DNA of 62,914 nucleotides, filler included, from Rhabdomonas costata (taxonomy: Eukaryota): assembly GCA_019059605.1 (NCBI GenBank). It is 54 parts of 54 records of this genome, joined end to end, with 100 filler letters (N's around TTAATTAATTAA, not from the genome) between each part and the next. Parts side by side here need not be neighbours in the genome. Positions count along the whole stretch, not along the records: positions 58,347 to 59,414 come from JAHMHO010030411.1; positions 59,515 to 60,581 come from JAHMHO010030412.1; positions 60,682 to 61,747 come from JAHMHO010030413.1; positions 61,848 to 62,914 come from JAHMHO010030414.1; 50 more parts are not named here. The stretch is one strand, 5' to 3'. Below are positions 58,860-62,914 of this stretch, piece by piece (the first letter of the stretch is position 1; each line of letters begins with the position of its first letter). Both the position numbers and the translations under genes were made by a program. The notes under the pieces were generated by a model. The model saw nothing but the letters and a program-made list of their open reading frames with translations. It did not search any database and was not told where the DNA came from.

Positions 58860-60756
58860 GGCAACTGCTAGAGAGTCACAGAGGCGCCACTAAGAGATCA
58901 GATGAGAAACTAAAGATTCTACGCAAGCAAACTACCAACTGGAGCCTTGCTTCCCCCCCCAAAACCCGAGACCAACACAAACATGACAGTGCAAAATCAC
59001 AATTATGTATCATCGCAACTACCGGCATGGAACCTTGCCTTGTCGTAGCTTCAGCCGGTAACGTTGGCAAGTCTTGAGCCGAACGGAGAATGGACCAAAG
59101 TGCAATCTGTACACGGGAACTGTGACGTTCCATGGCTCCATTCCCCGTCCCAACTGCGAGCATTGCCATTTTCACGTTCACCCGCACTTGCTTGATGTGA
59201 GGTATGGGAGAGCCACGCGAAACAATCAGGAAAGGTCACCTTCATCAGTGACATTCTGCCACGTGTTCCACTGCGAATGAGCGTAAGGCGAAAAAACACC
59301 CTCTGGATGCCCCCCCCTTCCACCTTGTCGCGAGAGGCAGGAAAGCGCGTGACATTTTGCAGCTTTGCATTACAGCAACTATCAACCCAACAAAACCCAA
59401 CCACACCCACCACANNNNNNNNNNNNNNNNNNNNNNNNNNNNNNNNNNNNNNNNNNNNTTAATTAATTAANNNNNNNNNNNNNNNNNNNNNNNNNNNNNN
59501 NNNNNNNNNNNNNNGGTTGGGGGTTTGGGGTTGTGTGTGAAGGAAAAGCCTGCCAGCCATCCAGTACTCACTCATCGCTTTGGGAGAACATGTTTCCAAC
59601 CGGAAGGCTGGCAGGCTTTTCCTTCACACGCGCACCCCACCCCGTGTGCTCTTGCATATTCGGCATTGTGCTGTTTTTACCTCCAGCCTAACTGCGCTTT
59701 GGTTTTGTTCGGGCGCTACTTCTGTAAAAGCTGTTGCCATCTTTTGGCGGTGCCCGTGTTTATGTGCAGCGTCTTTCTTCCGTTTGTGGTGTTCTTTCCG
59801 GGCGTCGCCGTGTTGGGCTTGGGATTTTTCTCGCCCGAGACTTGCTGCTTTACCCCCTTTTTATGCCCTTCCCCGCGCCTTCTTTTTATGTCAGTAAACG
59901 TGCCTCCAGCCGCTGCCTTGGGACCGTCCCGCCCTTCTACATCCTGGTGTTCCCTTTGTTTGCCGGCGCACCTCTCGCAGAACGTTTCGGGGAGATTCGC
60001 TGTCACCACGTTAGGGTGCAGAGGAAAAACTGGTAGCAAATGACCAGAACAAAGCAAAGCTTGCATCCCCCATTAAGGGTGTGGTGCTTACACAGCACTT
60101 GCCGTCTGAGTTGACGTGTTCCCGCTCCCCCGGGTGGAAGGTTTTTTGCGTACCAATCCGTGTCGGCGCGTCCGGCGTTGGAAAACGGCCTGGGGATGAG
60201 CTTCAGTATGCCAGGGGGTTCGGCGGAGTATGCATTGAGAGGGGCGGCTTCTGGTTTATCGCCTTCCTTGTTGTCCAGAAAAATGCGGGGAAAAGGGCTT
60301 ACTGTGGACAGGCATCGGGTGGCTCCGGGTCAACCCCCTCTTCCACTAGTGCCCCCTCCATTGAGCCCGATTGTTCTGGGGACCGCTGTCGGGAAATCAG
60401 GGCGGCCGGTCAAACGGCCACCACAGATGGACCCGCGACCTTTTCGGAGGGCCGACCGCCGAACAAGAACGGAAAGAGGTATCAAATTCCAACTCAATCC
60501 CTTGGAGAGCTGCAAATCAAACTGAGCATCTGCACAGTTTTTTACATCTACAACCGCCCGCCAGAGGTCATCCACACAACCNNNNNNNNNNNNNNNNNNN
60601 NNNNNNNNNNNNNNNNNNNNNNNNNTTAATTAATTAANNNNNNNNNNNNNNNNNNNNNNNNNNNNNNNNNNNNNNNNNNNNGGGTTGGTGGGACGTTTGA
60701 TCACGTTTGATCACGTTTAATAAAGTTTAACCAAGGTTTGATCACAGTAATCACAC

Positions 60757-60958
60757 TTACTGCGTTCACCACCGCGGCCTGTTGTTTGATGTTTCTTGTT
60801 TGCTGTTTCTATTGCCGTGGCTTGATTCTCTCATTCTCTCCTCCCCTTAGAATTTTGTTACTGCGTTCACCACCGCGGCCTGTTGTTTGATGTTTCTTGT
60901 TTGCTGTTTCTATTGCCGTGGCTTGATTCTCTCATTCTCTCCTCCCCTTAGAATTTTG
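60757..60958. repeat. Perfect 101-bp tandem duplication
   Basis: 60757-60857 is identical to 60858-60958. Confidence 0.95.
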
Positions 60959-62144
60959 TGGTTGTGGTTGTTGTCGCTGCTGCGGATTGATAATATATTC
61001 AACCCTGGGGGATGAAATAACTGATAGAGTTGGTGCTCAAGGTGACACGTGAAGAAACGTGAATAAAGGTGATTTAACGTGAAACGCTACTGTGAATAAG
61101 CGTGAGCAGGGCTTGCTTGCACAAACGGGGTGGCACCATCGACTTAGTTACGTTGTACCATCGACTTAGTTACGAAATTGCATTCGGTTTGCACACAAAC
61201 TACAGCATCAGCAGCGGCTACTGACAAAACTCAAAGAACAAGCATCCTGAAAGGGCAAATAATCTGCATCTTTGTACCCTCTTCCCCTCGTGGGGCAAAA
61301 ACTACGCGCATATGGTGTGGACGGTCTGCGAATCAAATTTCTGAACTTTTCTATTTATACGCAATAAAATTAATCAATACTGAAAGTCAATGTTGCGAAC
61401 GAAGCAAAAAAAAAAGTCAGAAATTCAAAAGGGGACATTTGCGAAGACTTGGCGCGACAAAGCTAAAAGCCAAAGTTCAGAGTTCACTTTGGCTAGTTCA
61501 ATGGTCACAGTTAAAATTTGAAAATTCAGTTTAATTCGAAGTTCACTGCAACCTTGAATATTGTTAATATCCTCTTTTGAGCAGAACATCGAGCCCTATC
61601 ACCTCGGGAATCCAGAAATCCAGACTACTTCGACCAACTTCCAAATTTTTTCAAATGAACACAAAATGACTCAGATTCACCGGAAAATAGAAAATATGCT
61701 GAGCATGCACCCCACAAGGCCATAGGGTCAATTGTGCGAGCACCGCANNNNNNNNNNNNNNNNNNNNNNNNNNNNNNNNNNNNNNNNNNNNTTAATTAAT
61801 TAANNNNNNNNNNNNNNNNNNNNNNNNNNNNNNNNNNNNNNNNNNNNGGTTTGTGGGGAGATGGGAGGGGGGGACGGACACCGACCTGGTTTGCCGCAAT
61901 GGTATTTTAATACCTGATTGAAAGCTGGCGGAGGTCTGACGTGCTATCCGTATCTGCTCTGTCCGTCCTTCAAGGTTGGATTTATCCTGAGCGCAATGCT
62001 GCAATGGCGTGGGTCTGTAGGGGAACACTGTTCTCAGCTTTGGTCGCTTTGCCTTGCTAAGTGTTGCTTTCTTGCCACCTCAGTCTTCGGTCTCCCTTCT
62101 CACCTCACCATACATATAGCATCTACCTTTCTTGTGTCCTTCAG

Positions 62145-62484
62145 ACTCACCTGACTCTCTGCCAAGAGCTGAGCTCCACCTCCGCGGCGCAAGTTGCTCG
62201 GTCTGAGGTCCATGCTTGTTCAGGAAAGCAGAGTAGGGGTGCAATGGAGTGCGGGAGTGTTGAGAATGGTTCGCATCTCCCTTTCTTCACCGGCTCAGGG
62301 TAAGTCCAATAAAAATAGCCTGCTTGCAACCCCCGGCACGCTGTTCTTTCCCGCGGCCGCTCCCTCATTCACTTTGCGAAGGCTGAGACGAAGCTGGAGT
62401 CCGAGCGAGCATCTATCTTGCAGAAGCTTGACGCGGACGTCACCGCCTTACAGGCGTCGAAGGCTGCACTGAGCAGCTTGCAAG
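62145..62484 (+). CDS. Hypothetical coiled-coil protein, two exons
   Basis: Exons 62145-62207 and 62382-62484 have AG/GT borders: ...AQVARSE|AETKLESERASILQKLDADVTALQASKAALSSLQ. Confidence 0.5.
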
Positions 62485-62914
62485 GTTTGCCAAGCAGTTG
62501 AAGAGGGCGCAGTTGCACGGTCGTGGCGTCATTACGGCACTGCCCTGATTACCCCCTCTAGTCTTGTTAGGGGGGGGATGCGTTTTCAGTCCTGCCCTTT
62601 CGTGTGCAAAGGCCGAAACTTGGTAAAATGTAGACATTCGCTGAAGCAAAGATTTGGATACGGCAGCAGGTATGGGTAGAGAATTGCATAGAATTGCAGG
62701 AAGAGCCTCGCGGATGGACCTCTTTGTCCTCCCACCTTACCTTTCCTTTCCAATGGTTCGGCCAGTGTTCCTGTTTGACTTGCTTTAGCTCCGGAGCTGA
62801 ACCAGAGATATCCCATAGATACAGACACCTGCACATTCACGTAAACATTAATTCCTTGTCCACTTTTCCACACTGTTGTGCGTTTTACGCCCCCTCCCCC
62901 ACACACCCACACAT

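Noticed and set aside
1069-61847. Regularly spaced TTAATTAATTAA 'repeats' with ~1.07-kb unique 'spacers' (CRISPR-like, cassette-like or nanochromosome-like periodicity)
   Set aside because: The motif is embedded in fixed N44 pads. It is a synthetic six-frame-stop linker between contigs of similar length.
1-62914. G/T-only contig starts and A/C-only contig ends resembling telomeres or gene-sized chromosomes
   Set aside because: There is no fixed repeat unit, and genes are cut mid-exon or mid-intron at the ends. This is consistent with low-quality read tails.

Overview
This is not contiguous DNA. It is an artificial concatenation of 54 unrelated contigs of about 1,057-1,071 bp, each separated by a 100-nt spacer (N44-TTAATTAATTAA-N44, with stops in all six frames). 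Adjacency between contigs therefore means nothing, and most of the supplied ORF track is noise. The contigs come from an intron-rich, flagellated microbial eukaryote with short GC3-rich exons, introns of mostly about 130-550 nt and degenerate GTNYG-type donors. The adenylate-cyclase type and splice signals suggest a euglenozoan, probably a euglenid (inference). Recognisable gene fragments are MUS81/EME1 C-terminus, a PDR-type ABCG transporter, ankyrin, TTLL, CBS-domain, INTS9, cytosolic carboxypeptidase, UPF0652/DUF2009, SDR, CABCOCO1/C1a-32, UTP6, casein kinase 1, 6PGDH, MAPR (cyt-b5-like), class III adenylate cyclase and 5'-nucleotidase. The most notable signals are: (i) a decayed AT-rich viral fibre-like gene joined directly to a CRE/SLACS-like retrotransposon fragment, suggesting an endogenous virus; (ii) an intronless, virus-like circularly permuted RING/Zn-finger pseudogene; (iii) a candidate hairpin-defined non-canonical 58-nt intron in MUS81; (iv) three dispersed repeat families, each seen twice in the window; (v) a foldback-like element. 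All family calls come from remembered motifs, not database searches. I see no convincing multi-gene novel system, and one could not be shown from 1-kb fragments.
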